Shown in pieces: positions 14,367 through 26,404 of a stretch of 64,000 nucleotides of DNA (position 1 is its first letter; each line of letters begins with the position of its first letter). The notes under the pieces were generated by a model that was given only the letters and a program-made list of their open reading frames with translations, searched no databases and was not told where the DNA came from. The stretch spans positions 22,630,001 to 22,694,000 of the forward strand of contig NC_043008.1 of NCBI RefSeq assembly GCF_006345805.1. The letters are read 5' to 3'. Source of the stretch: Octopus sinensis. Lineage: Eukaryota. The position numbers were made by a program, and so were the translations under genes.

Positions 14367-15855
14367 TACTTATGTAAAAAAATAAAAGTTTTTTACGGAA
14401 ATCGACGGAAATCTGTGCTACGACATGCGAAACTTCGCCCAGACATGTCATAGTTGAAATCATTCTACGTATCACTTTATTTACGTGACCCAACATAACG
14501 AAACATTTAAATATTTGCTCGACCCGCTAGAAATAGCAGCCAATTCTCATTCAAAGCACACCCTACTGTCTAAAATAAAGTATAACCAGAAACAAGATGT
14601 GATGGTCACGGCTGGAACAGCTTTGCCCAGTGTCGTCAAGAGATTAAACAAATACAATAATGTAATAAACGTAGCACGATCTATTCTCTTTCATTTCCTA
14701 CATATTTCATAATCAGTGTTCGTTGCTGAATTTAAACACAAGCTAAAACTAAACAAGAGCCCGGAAGCCTTACAATCCGTAGGGACCTCAAAACGATTTA
14801 TAAGGCATATGGTTTCAATTTTTGTGAGACCTTATAGTATAATATTTTTTAATCTTGACGAAAGTGGGACTCCAAACTTAGTATATAAGCTTCAGGCTAC
14901 ACCAAGTCAAAAATATTGCACTAGTCTTACGCACAATCACAAAAATCATTACAATTATAATACCTTCTCCACCTTTTATCAATCTTTTCGCAGATAATAA
15001 ACATTAAGATAAAAAAAAATCCTGTTTCGCAAACTATTTGCGAGTTGAACAACAAATCTCGCACCTTAATCTTTAGACCATCGCAATTAACTTTGCCCAA
15101 AATACATGCAACCAAATTCTAAGTGAATTGAAGCGACGTAGAATTAAGTGTCAAGTTTATAAACACGTGCGACGGATTTGAACCCACGAACTATGAACTG
15201 GCAACTCAATAATAAAACCCACATACTTTATTTATACATGAGAGAGAGAGAGAGAGAGAGCTAGAAGAAGCAATAAATTACCAACATAATTACACAGAGA
15301 ATACCGCCAAGAATTTATATAGTTTATAGAGAAACATTTTCAGTCTGCAGGTCATTCCTAATTGACAAACCTATGCTAAAAGGCGTTCCACTCTTGACTA
15401 TGTCAGGCATAGTGTATCTAGGACTATATAATTTACAATGTCCTTCCTTTTCAAGACGGTAGGATGATTTATGGGGAGGGGTTCCATTGCTATTTCTAGC
15501 GGGTCTGTTGAATAGAGACACCCGAGTTGGTTCCAAGCTTTATTTAGTGATCACTTTTTTCTATCAATCGCCCTCTTGACGTTATCGATCCGTTCTGTCT
15601 GTTTATCTATAAATCAATTTATCTTTCCACTCCATGCCATGTATCTTGCCAATGTCAGCAAACAAAGCAAAGATAAAAGTTTTATAAAGTGAGTTGTGGT
15701 GTGTTCTTTAAATATGGGAACAAGAAAAGGAGACAGAGAGAGAATGGCAAGTCACTAAAACAGAAACCAAATATCGAAATACACACACAGAGAAACACAA
15801 GATAAATATATGAATAGATAGATATATAGACAGACAGAGAGACAGACAGACAGAC

Positions 15856-15886
<31 letters not shown>

Positions 15887-16073
15887 GATTAAAATAATTA
15901 TAGGGTTTCTATTGACCACAGGATCCAGCAAAGAACCTGAGCAAGGATTTTGTGATAAATATATATCTTAAAAAACTGCAAAAGAAAACAATTATTGCCA
16001 TATTTCATTTTATACAAACTTTAGAGGGTAAGAAACTCACATTTCCATTTACAAACTAGACAGACAGACAGAC

Positions 16074-16123
<50 letters not shown>

Positions 16124-17689
16124 GCAGATAGATAGATAGGCAGATAGATAGATAGATAGATAGACAGACATGCATACAATGGAAATAGATATAACAATAA
16201 TAATACCTTTGTGTGCTGTTTGATCTCTTCCTTATGAAATTAAAATATCCGTCAAAAGCAGTTTAGTAAAATATCTAAAGAATATAGACATATACATATA
16301 ATATACATACATATATATATATATGTATGTATATATATCAGGCTATATCAGGGACACTTATATTTTTTCGTTATACATTTTCCTGATACAACCAATAAAT
16401 TCCATATCCTGTTATTGAAGCACTTATTTTTGTCATTGTTTATTCCCATCTTAATGTTTTGGTGGCTCTATGGTTGGGGCGGATGTCTTCTCTGTGTGTG
16501 TGTGTGTGGTGTTATGTATATGTATGTATCAGTGTATGTGTATAATATATGTGCGTGTGCTTGTTTTTCTCTTGAGTAGGTGTATTCCTTCTAAAGAGAG
16601 AATCCACAGATTCTAAGTTGTATATAATTCTTTTATGATTAGAGTAGGAAGATGGTCAATATGTCATGTAAATAGTCTAAAAATTGGGAAATCACTATAC
16701 ATACACTACATATATATATATATATAGGTAAACAGTAATGTAATATAGAGAGAGAAGGGGGTATGTGTGTTCTTGAAGCAGTCGTTAAACCTTTTGTTTT
16801 CGGGAGAGTTCTTTTATTATTATTTTTTATATGGATATTTAGCTTCTGTTGGAAAGACCGGACTCGTATTATTGGTCGTTATTGTGGATGTTGTTATTGT
16901 TGTAGTTGTTTTTGGTGGTGATGGGTGATGGTGTTGCTGTTGTTGTTGGTGGTGATGGTGGTGGCCGGTAGAATGATAATGTTGTAAATATTGTCGTTAT
17001 TCTTTGTATTTACCTATGAAATAATCAATGCTGAAGAACCATCAATATGTTTATGTATGGGGGAGAGAATAGAGAGATTAATGCTTGTAGTTGTTGTAGG
17101 GTTGCTCGTGTGTGTGAGAGAGAGACAGAGAGAGAAAGAAAGAAATAAGAATCAGAGAAAGAAATACGCTGGAGAGATTGTCTATATGTAAGAAAGAAAG
17201 GGTGTATGTGTGTTAAGATTGAGACATTGAGGCGGTGGTTGGGACTATGTGTTTATGTACGAGCGCATGTGTGTGAAAGACTGTAGACAGACTAAGATGT
17301 AAGGAAGCTAAGAGAATCTCCTGTGTCCGTGTTTATGTATGAGTGACTTCACGCCGAATAATAAACTATGCGAGAAAGCAAGGGAAAATGTGTCCGTTTC
17401 GGTGTTAGAATCTTGTTCGACATCGTGAAAGACAGAGAGAGAGAGATAGTGGTGTGTATGTATGACTGTACACGGGCTATAATATACGATGAGAAAGAAA
17501 ATGGGTTTCGGGGGATGTGTGTATGAGAATGTGAGAAAGAGGTTGTGTATATAGATGACTGTACATTATAGAAGAGACTGCATAAGACTGAACAGGGAGT
17601 GCGTGTTTGTGAAAGAGCGTGTAACTGTCATATGTCATATGGGAGTGAGAGACAGTAATATAGTCACACACACACACTTAAGAGTATGA

Positions 17690-18390
17690 GAGGTACAAAA
17701 GGAGAATGTGCATATGTGTGGTTGTCCATACAAGAGTGGGGGAGCTGCTTAAAGAATTGACATTAGAGAGGAGGAATGAAATTGAAGGAGAAACTGGGAG
17801 AGAAACGGAGAAAAGCATGACCAGAAAGAGATAAAGAGTAATTGTTAAAGTGAGAGAGAGAGAGAATGTTAGAGAGGAAGCAAGCTGTGAGGGGGAAGAA
17901 AAAGAGGGAAACAAAAGAATAATGAGAGTGAAGAAAAAAAAGGACGAGTAAGAATGAGGTACACAAAAATAAAAGCAAGGAGGGGATGATTTAAAGAGAA
18001 GAAAAATAGGATAGCAGAGACGACGGGGTGGGGTAACAAAGGGGTGGTGAGTTAGGGGTGAAATGCGAGGTGCGATAGAGAAAGAAAGAGCAGAGGGGGG
18101 GAAGAATGAGATAGGAAGAAAGATTAGAAGTGAGTAGTTGAATGAAATAATGAGAGACAGAGGGAGAGAGATTGGGAAAAAAAATATATAGATATACGTC
18201 GCAGAGGGAAGAAAAAAAACAAAATGAGAAAGAGCAAAAACTGTACGAAAGAGAGAGAGAGAAGAAAAAGAAGAAAAGAAGAGTAGAAACCCAACTGCAA
18301 AAGTAGAGAGAGAGAGAGAGAGAGAGAGCAAGGTGGTGAAATGAAAAGAGTGAGTGGTGGTGGAGGAGGAGGAGGAGAAAAAGTGTTTGT
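17690..18390. repeat. Long purine-rich (GA) low-complexity tract
   Basis: The + strand is almost all A/G; the 238-aa ORF here is an artefact. Confidence 0.8.
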
Positions 18391-18539
18391 TCAAAGTGTA
18401 GTTATTTCACCGGGATAAATCAGTCGGCACTTTTGCTTGCAAACTTTTTTTTGTGTGTGTGATTCAACAACATTACAACCTGTTTATCTACGTCTTACAG
18501 CAATTAAACTACTGCAAAATTATCACAATCGCCGCTTAC

Positions 18540-18700
18540 CTTATCCAATATTATTTGCCCTTCGCTCGCTTGCTATTTTGTTTGATTATTTTTTTCTTCT
18601 TTCTTTCTTTCTTTCTCGCTTCCAGTGTATATGAAATAATTGTTTTTTAAACACAAGATATTCCTTGGCGGCGATGTCGCTCTCTCCTCCATACATACAT
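18540..18700 (-). other. Possible non-coding first exon of a minus-strand gene
   Basis: Strong donor AAG|GTAAGC on - (exon edge at 18540) in unique, CpG-containing DNA; no transcript evidence. Confidence 0.25.
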
Positions 18701-19221
18701 ACTACACCACCTACAACCATAGAAAAAAAAAATGACTAACCACTTCACTCTCGCAATGATTCTTTTCCTTCCTTGTTTCTCTCACTCTAACACCCTATCT
18801 CTATCGTTTACTTACATTTCTCTCTCTCTCTCTCTCTCTTGATTGTCATTCTCGTCACCTTTCTACACTCTCTCTCTTTCTCACACACACACACACACTT
18901 GTATACCACTCCTCCCTCTCAAACACACTTATATGCCACCTCTTTCCCTTCCTCCCTCTCTTTTTCATTCTATATGCTAAAGCTATATGTATATATATAT
19001 ATATGTATGTATATATGCATGTATGGAGTTATATATATATATATATAGTTATTCATGAGTGCATATGTGTACATCTATGTATATGCATGTGTTTAAATTA
19101 GAAAAAAAAACACCTATATTATATTTTGTAAAATTTGATTTAGTATTTCTAAATTGAATTTTTCCCTGTAAGTTTGGAGTAATATTCCCTAATATTATAT
19201 ATGCATATATATATATATATA

Positions 19222-19945
19222 TATATCATCATCATCATCATCATTTAGCGTCCGCTTTCCATGCTAGCATGGGTTGGACGGGTCAACTGGGGTCTGTGAA
19301 GCTGGAAGGCTTCGTCAGGCCCAGTCAGATCTGGCAGTGTTTCTACGGCTGGATGCCCTTCCTAACGCCAACCACTCTGCGAGTGTAGTGGGTGTTTTAT
19401 ATGTGCCACCTGCACAGGTGCCAGACAGAGCTGGCGAACGTCCACGAACGGATGGTGCTTTTACGTGTCACCGGCACGGGGCCAGGCGATGCTGGCAACG
19501 GACATGAACGGATGGTGCTTTTACGTGCCACCGACACAGGGCCAGACAGAGCTGGCAAACGGCCACGAACGGACGGTGCTTTTACGTGTCACTGGCACGG
19601 GGGCCAGCCGAGGCTGGCAACGAACACAAACGGATGGTGCTTTTACATGCCACCGACACGGGGCCAGACAGAGCTGGCAAACAGCCACGAACGGACGGTG
19701 CTTTTACGTGTCACCGGCACGGGGGCCAGCCGAGGTTGGCAACGGACACGAACGGATGGTGCTTTTACGTGCGACCGACACGGTTGCCAGACAGAGCTGG
19801 CAAACGGCCACGAACGGACGGTGCTTTTACGTGTCACCGGCACGGGGCCAGGCGAGGCTGGCAACGAACACGAACGGATGGTGCTTTTACGTATCACCGA
19901 CACGGGTGCCAGACGAGGCTGACAGCAGACACGAACGGATGGGTC
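19222..19945 (-). mobile_element. SINE-like family E with nine ~61-bp tandem units
   Basis: Units start at 19403, 19465, 19525, 19586, 19647, 19708, 19769, 19831 and 19891. Confidence 0.75.
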
Positions 19946-20109
19946 ACTTAACCCCTGCTTTCTGATATATGATTTGATTTTGATTGTTCTCACTGGTCTT
20001 GCATATATACATATATATACACATACACATATATATATAAAACTTTGATAAAACTTAGATATGTTTCGACCAAAGATTGGTCCAGGCCATGTCTAACTTA
20101 ATAGCACCA

Positions 20110-21180
20110 CCTGATAGGATTATCTAAATCCTGTTTAAGTCAACTTTTGTTTATGGTCCATTCAAGTAGTGAGTTTTTGTTGGGTGAGTTGTATCCAATT
20201 ATGGGTGGCTTATCTGGTATTCCTTGAAGGAATCTATCCAGACTCCGTTTAATGTTGATGGGATCCTTTTCCTCTTCGATCTCTTTCGGGACAATGTTAA
20301 ATAGGGCAGGGCCTGTTGGGGAAAAGAAATTATGTTGCAGTGTACATGTATGCTGTGATCTTGAATTGGGCAGGAGACGTATGGCCCGTGGTCCCAGTCT
20401 TGGATGAACCTTGAAGCTAATGTTCAGGTCGTTTGGGCAAAGTTGGCAGTATATTCTCCACATCGTACAAATGATGTACCGCTCATGGCGATGCTGGAGA
20501 GAGTAGAGTTTATAGGCTTTAAGGTAGTCCCAATAATCGAGAGCAGCCATGCCTTCAATTCGTTTAGTGAGTGCCCTCTGGGTTGATTCAGTCCTCGAGA
20601 TGTTTTGTCTTGTATGGGGAGACCACAGTGGGCAGCAGTATTCGAGGTGTGGCTGTACAAAGGAGGAGAAAAGTGGTATGATGACACCTTGTTCTCTGGA
20701 CCGGAAAGTTCTTAAGATCCAGGAACTCATCCTACGACCTTGTTGTTGATGTGTGCACTCACTGAGATTGTCATCAACAATTACACCCAGGTCTCTGATA
20801 TTGTTAGAGGCTGTGAGTGGTTCCCTGAAGGAAGAGAGTATGGCTGTTTTAGTGAGGAATTTCTTCCAAAATGCATCAGCTCAAATTTTCCCTCGTTCAG
20901 TTGCATTTTGTTTCTGTCTGCCCATTGACTCACAGCATATAGATCAGACTGGAGTTGAGTTCGGTCTGCTTCTTCATTGATGATTTGCTGGAGCTTAGTG
21001 TCATCAGCAAATATTTTCACTTTGCAGTAATGTACGGCACTGGAAAGGTCGTTTATGTAAATTATAAAGAGTAGCAGGCCCAAGACAGTCCCCTGGGGGA
21101 CACCGCTGGTGACTTTTGCTGGGCTTGAGTGGACTCCATCAACTACAACATGTGTTCTATTCGCCAGGAAGAGCTTCATT
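20110..21180 (-). mobile_element. CR1-clade LINE, 5'-truncated RT fragment
   Basis: VTSGVPQGTVLGLLLFIIYINDL, KIFADDTKL and PHLEYCCPLWSPH; one frameshift. Confidence 0.9.
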
Positions 21181-21181
21181 T

Positions 21182-21260
21182 GCTTACAACTGTTTCTGGT
21201 ATAAGATGCAGTGGACTCATAGTTGGATGCATGAGTGTCACTCTATAACTTCATCAGAGC
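21182..21260 (-). ncRNA. Hammerhead ribozyme motif, type I
   Basis: On -: GCT-CTGATGA-[54-nt stem II with actcat/atgagt and agtg/cact pairs]-GAAAC-agtt-GTA-AGC; 3-bp stem I. Confidence 0.65.
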
Positions 21261-21326
21261 TTCAGCTAGTGAAGTTCATAGCATAATTTTTTATTCTTTT
21301 GTCATTCTAATTTCTTTTGTATATAT

Positions 21327-21386
<60 letters not shown>

Positions 21387-21387
<1 letters not shown>

Positions 21388-21673
21388 AAACATTATTGGT
21401 GAGTTGAAGAAATGGAGCTGAACGCAGATTGAACAGAAATCGTTTTATCATTCTACACGTGTTTCGAAAGGCACAAATTACCAAATCCGATTGAATAATG
21501 GGACCATATTGTGTCTTTCTCTTCAGGAAGAAAAAAGAGAAAGAACAATATGGTCCCATTATTCAATCGGATTTTGGTAATTTGTGCCTTTCGAAACACG
21601 TGTAGAATGAAATAAAACGATTTCTGTTCAATCTGCGTTCAGCTCCATTTCTTCAATTCACCAATAATGTTTT
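21387..21673. mobile_element. Near-perfect 287-bp palindromic element (PLE-like)
   Basis: Arms of about 137 bp around a ~13-nt centre; abuts (TA)n on the left. Confidence 0.75.
21448..21529 (-). ncRNA. Minimal hammerhead ribozyme, type I, complete core
   Basis: On -: TTC-CTGAAGA-GAAAGACAC..36 nt..GTGCCTTTC-GAAAC-ACGT-GTA-GAA. Confidence 0.75.
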
Positions 21674-21819
21674 AATTTCAATTATCCGCACCAACGCACG
21701 GTTGCAACGCCAGATGGTTGTACCTCCAACCGTGCTGTTTACTGCTGTGATTTTTGCTACTAAGGTATCGGTTAAACTTTTGATTATCTACTACAAGATT
21801 ATTCATCTTTCTATTTCAC

Positions 21820-21860
<41 letters not shown>

Positions 21861-21876
21861 ATATATATATGTATAA

Positions 21877-21927
<51 letters not shown>

Positions 21928-22287
21928 AGTAAGATAAGGGTTATGGGTGTAACCCACTATGGGATAGTATTTATCCAATATACTGTTGGTAAAGTACCCA
22001 GACTCTTAATACATAAATGTTTTTAATTGCAATGCAATTAACTCATTTATTGAATTAAACAGGTGAAGGTAAAGAAATATTTTTACCGTAAATTTATAAT
22101 ACAAATAAGAAAATGGAGAAACAAATTTAGTTTGTTCATCAACTTTCGGATATCAGAATGTTGGATTATTTATTCATTCAACAAAATGAGAACCTCAATA
22201 TTATACATATATATCATACAATTCAATACATATAAGATAAGAATACAAGTTATAAAAATATAAATTATTGAAATCATTAAAATCACT

Positions 22288-22417
22288 TCTTACAGCTGTT
22301 TCAGCCTATGATTAAAAGTAGCTATTTTTATTTTTATTGCCTATAGTTGTCAACATAATGATGTTGTAGGCATTTAAAAATATGGTACTTATATATAATC
22401 ATAGGTCTCGTCAGAGG
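22288..22417 (-). ncRNA. Hammerhead ribozyme motif, type I, long stem II
   Basis: On -: CTGACGA-gacctatgatta...taatcataggct-GAAAC-AGCT-GTA-ag; stem I is weak (2 bp). Confidence 0.6.
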
Positions 22418-22538
22418 TTATAAGGAACTTTAAAAATATTAATACATGTATTATTTAATATTAAAAAAATGTAATGGCAAGTAATTATTGACCTTCTTCT
22501 TTCCTTTAAAAATTGGCACAAACTTTCCAGACAACCCA

Positions 22539-22628
<90 letters not shown>

Positions 22629-22974
22629 AAATTTAATAGATAGAGTCAAGAATGAGTACATGTAGACAGCTATTTCATTAACACTACACATGCTTCCATT
22701 AGACATAGATCTACATACACACAGGATTTAAATTAAGTAACAGTTTACCTATATAATGAGATCCAGTTGTATCTCCTCATGTGATAATATATTCGCTGTT
22801 CCCATTGGTAAAGCTTTGACTTTGATGCTAATACATCCAATAATTTTCACGCATGATGAATGGCTAAACACAGACTTGGAAGTATACCGTAATACTACCA
22901 GCTATTTGGTAATTCTAAGGGTAAACAAGCTCTACTTTTTACTCTAGTATGTTCTTAATGGAATACACCTTAAA

Positions 22975-23680
22975 TATATATTGGGTCATCTCATAAATAA
23001 TGCGTTTTCTTTTTATACTTCGTTTATTTTTCAAAATTAAGATAATCAAAGTTCTTTTTTAATCTAAAATATACTCTTCTTAATTTTCTTCAATGCTTTT
23101 CCATCTATCTGGTAGACTTGCAAGGCCCCTCTTCCAAAATACCCATGTCCATGATGAAAAATACTCCTCCAGTACTGTTCTGACCTTGTCTACAGAATTC
23201 ATATTTTCTCCATTCAAATGATTTTAAAGACTGTGGAATAAATGATAATCAGATGGGGCAAAGTCCAGCAGATATGGTGGGTGGGGCATTGTTTCTTATT
23301 CAAACTTAATTTTCAATGAGTTTTTATGCTAACCATACTACTCTTCAACAAAAAAACTCTTACAATTCCTCAAATCTTCCAGACTGGCATTTTGCATTAT
23401 CCTTTAACTGACCATCTCTACAGTATCATTGATAGTGCTAATACTATTATATTCCTTCATCAAATTACAAAAAGTCATTGCATTTTACTATCATGTTTTC
23501 CCTGGTTTTCATGATACCGGATCATTTTCAAAAGTCACTTAAGTCACTTATAAATCATTTGTTTTGACCTTCTGTTTCTTCAACAAGCTGTTTCAAAGTT
23601 TGATAAAAGTAATAGGTCTTAATAGCGGAAATTGCATCCTGATTGTTGGGTTAAAATGAAAAAGTAATGTTTGGTGGTAG
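22975..23680 (-). mobile_element. mariner transposase C-terminal relic with TIR
   Basis: Minus strand MPHPPY(S)LDFAPSDYHLF-like motif ... GLASLPDRWK; tattggg TIR-like end near 22975. Confidence 0.7.
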
Positions 23681-23834
23681 ATAAACTACATTGAAAGGAG
23701 TGCATGCCAAGGCTATACTCTAAGAAATATCTTTTTGATGTTGGACAAAAATATGAATCAGACAAGTGTGTCAAAATTTCTTTTGTCACCCAAGTTTTTA
23801 TATTTTCTTCTTCAAGGCTTCAGTGAAGTGTTTA

Positions 23835-24060
23835 AGATTGGATGTCCATGAGAACTCCTAAATGCTGATGACCTAGACCTCGTGGCTAATTCTGTAAAGG
23901 AATTAGTGAGGAAATACTAAACATGGAGGCTAACCCTAGAATCAAGAAGCTTCAAGGTTATATTGGCAAAGACGAGCATTTTAGGTAGTAGGAAAGAAGA
24001 CAGTACCCGGGTAGCTTCAGGAAAATAGTAGGTGTAAACTCCATATGTTGTACCCAATTT
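23835..24060 (+). mobile_element. Short RTE RT fragment
   Basis: GCP*ELLNADDLDLVANSVKELVRK, similar to 660-760. Confidence 0.6.
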
Positions 24061-24086
24061 ATGCTATATACACACAAGAAATATAT

Positions 24087-24296
24087 ATTTCTTTACTACC
24101 CACAAGGGGCTAAACACAGAGAGGACAAACGGATTAAATCAATTATATCGACCCCAGTGCGTAACTGGTACTTATTTAATCGACCCCGAAAGGATGAAAG
24201 GCAAAGTCGACCTCGGCGGAATTTAACTCAGAACGTAACGGCAGACGAAATACGAATACACATTTCGCCCGGCGTGCTAACGATTCTGCCAACTCA
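24087..24296 (-). mobile_element. SINE family B
   Basis: Reverse complement of the family B consensus. Confidence 0.8.
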
Positions 24297-24885
24297 CACA
24301 AGAAATATAGTGGAATCACAGCCAGACTTGAAGACAAAATAAGCTTAATATGTGACAGCTGCTCTGGAGTAGAACATACTATGATCATTGCAGGAATAGA
24401 CTCTCTTAATTTCCCAGATAGCTCATTACAAACAGTCAATATCTTTTGTTACTGGGAGATGTAATTAGCAGTGATCACACTGAGTAAAATGAAAGTGGGA
24501 CATAACAAAGGACTTATTTAAGCAAACACCTGAGGAGGTGCACTTTGGCTGGATGATAACGATTACACAACATCTCACCAATGTACTACAGTTGTGAAAA
24601 TGTATCAAAACAATTGTAGTGATTTTAAATAAAGAACGTCGTTCATTCCATTGTCTATCATTTATCTATTTATATAGTTCAATTGATAGTATGGAATTTT
24701 CTATGATTACCTAGTAGCAAGAGCATTTCCAATGTATGTTGACATCAGATAGCCAATAACTGTGAATGAGATTTGCCTAGCATTCTACAAGGTTTTTACC
24801 CAAATCTGACATATATATATGTATGTATGTATGTTTGTATATACGTGTGTGTGTACTTTATTAATACAGCTGCAGAGCCATCACA

Positions 24886-24940
24886 AAAACTGTTACTCAG
24901 AGTTTCATGTTCCCATTCGTCAGGTTCATCAGACAGTTTT
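24886..24940 (-). ncRNA. Hammerhead-like motif with two tandem CTGANGA boxes
   Basis: On -: AAAACTGT-CTGATGA-ac-CTGACGA-ATG GGAA CAT-GAAAC-tctga-GTA-ACAGTTTT. Confidence 0.55.
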
Positions 24941-24946
24941 GGTTGA

Positions 24947-25033
<87 letters not shown>

Positions 25034-25119
25034 CTCCAAACATGAAGAAAGAGGACAGCAAGCATTAAGACAAGGCAAACATCTTAAGCTGTATACAATA
25101 TTATTATAGGAAAGAATTT

Positions 25120-25580
25120 AAAATCTTACAGCTGGGATACCTCCGAATATGGGAAATCCCTTAGTATGGGATATTCCGTCATCAGAGACAAAATAGGGGG
25201 AAAATAGGGAAAATGAGAATGGTGTATATTAATGAAATGATGACATAGAGGAAGGGCGTAAAAGAATAAGGAGATGGAAAGAAAGAAGAAAAAGGAAGCA
25301 TAAAAGTTCATAGTTCAACTTTCCGAACTTATAGAAACCGGACCCTACACAGGATTACACCTAAGGACTCATGCTCTGGTTTCTATAACTTCAGAAAGTT
25401 GAACTATGAACTTTTATGCTTCTCTTTTCTTCTTTCTTTCCATCTCCTTATTCTTTTACTCCCTTCCTCTATGTCGTCATCTCATTAATATGCACCATTT
25501 TCATTTTCCCTATTTGTCTCTGATGACGGAATATCTCATACTCAGGAATATCTCAGAAACAGCTGTAAGCTTTTGGATTT
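25120..25580. mobile_element. ~460-bp palindromic element with degenerate hammerhead motifs (PLE-like)
   Basis: Arms about 25120-25341 and 25376-25580; + strand CTGATGA 25520-25526, GAAAC 25556-25560, AGCT, GTA 25565-25567. Confidence 0.65.
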
Positions 25581-25647
25581 GAATCCTCCAAATTAAAGGA
25601 TGAAATTCAATTCAACCTTTTTACATATACATACATACATACATACA

Positions 25648-25711
<64 letters not shown>

Positions 25712-25719
25712 TCCTCACT

Positions 25720-26310
25720 GTGTCTAGGATAAGATCTTTAAACACTTCCTAGATCTTTGGCCTCCAGCTCAGCCTTGGTGGTACTGGCAGAGTATTTGAT
25801 GTCTTTCTCAACTGCCTCCCACATTTAGTAATCCATAGGATTAAAGTCAAGGGAATTAGGAGGTCAGAAATAGGGGCTGGCGAAGTCGTAGAGATTCACC
25901 GACAACTACTTATGAATTTTCCCAAAGATATGGCAAAGTGCCAAATCCTGCTGCCACACATATGGCATCCCAGTAGCAACCCTCTCCAACCAGGGACTGG
26001 CCACTGAATTGAGTCTAAGGCCTTGTTTAAAGATGTGAGTCAGCATGACACCACCCTCACTAGAGACACACCCAAAGACTATTATAGTTTGTGGAAACTT
26101 GGTTTACATGATATGTGGGATATCATATGGATACCTTTGCAGTGTTCATGGAGCATTGAGCAACAGCGATGATGTTGGTATTTTGATACGTGGCAAAAAA
26201 CCGTTGTGATACAGGCAACTTTTTTTCCAATATTTAGATGGCTTCCAGTCTTCAATGTCAGCTAGCTTTTTCTCAGCTATAACTTTAATCTTTATGCTCT
26301 CTAATGCCTG
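25720..26310 (-). mobile_element. Tc1/mariner DD37D (maT-like) transposase relic
   Basis: Minus strand WLERVATGMPYVWQQD...PPNSLDFNPMDY*MWEAVEK. Confidence 0.7.
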
Positions 26311-26404
26311 TTGATTTTTTCACCAAATACATGGAGGTGTTACTGAAAAAAAAAAAAGAGACATAAAAAAAAATTCATCAAATTTCACCCAAACATCCTG
26401 TATA

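Noticed and set aside
15324-15536. 70-aa ORF MEPTRVSLFNRPAR...
   Set aside because: It starts at TTG, overlaps a copy of the ctagaaatagc repeat and has no recognisable domain.
19395-19945. CRISPR-like look of the regularly spaced repeat array
   Set aside because: The intervening parts are homologous to each other, so there are no unique spacers; the array lies inside a eukaryotic SINE and no cas genes are present.
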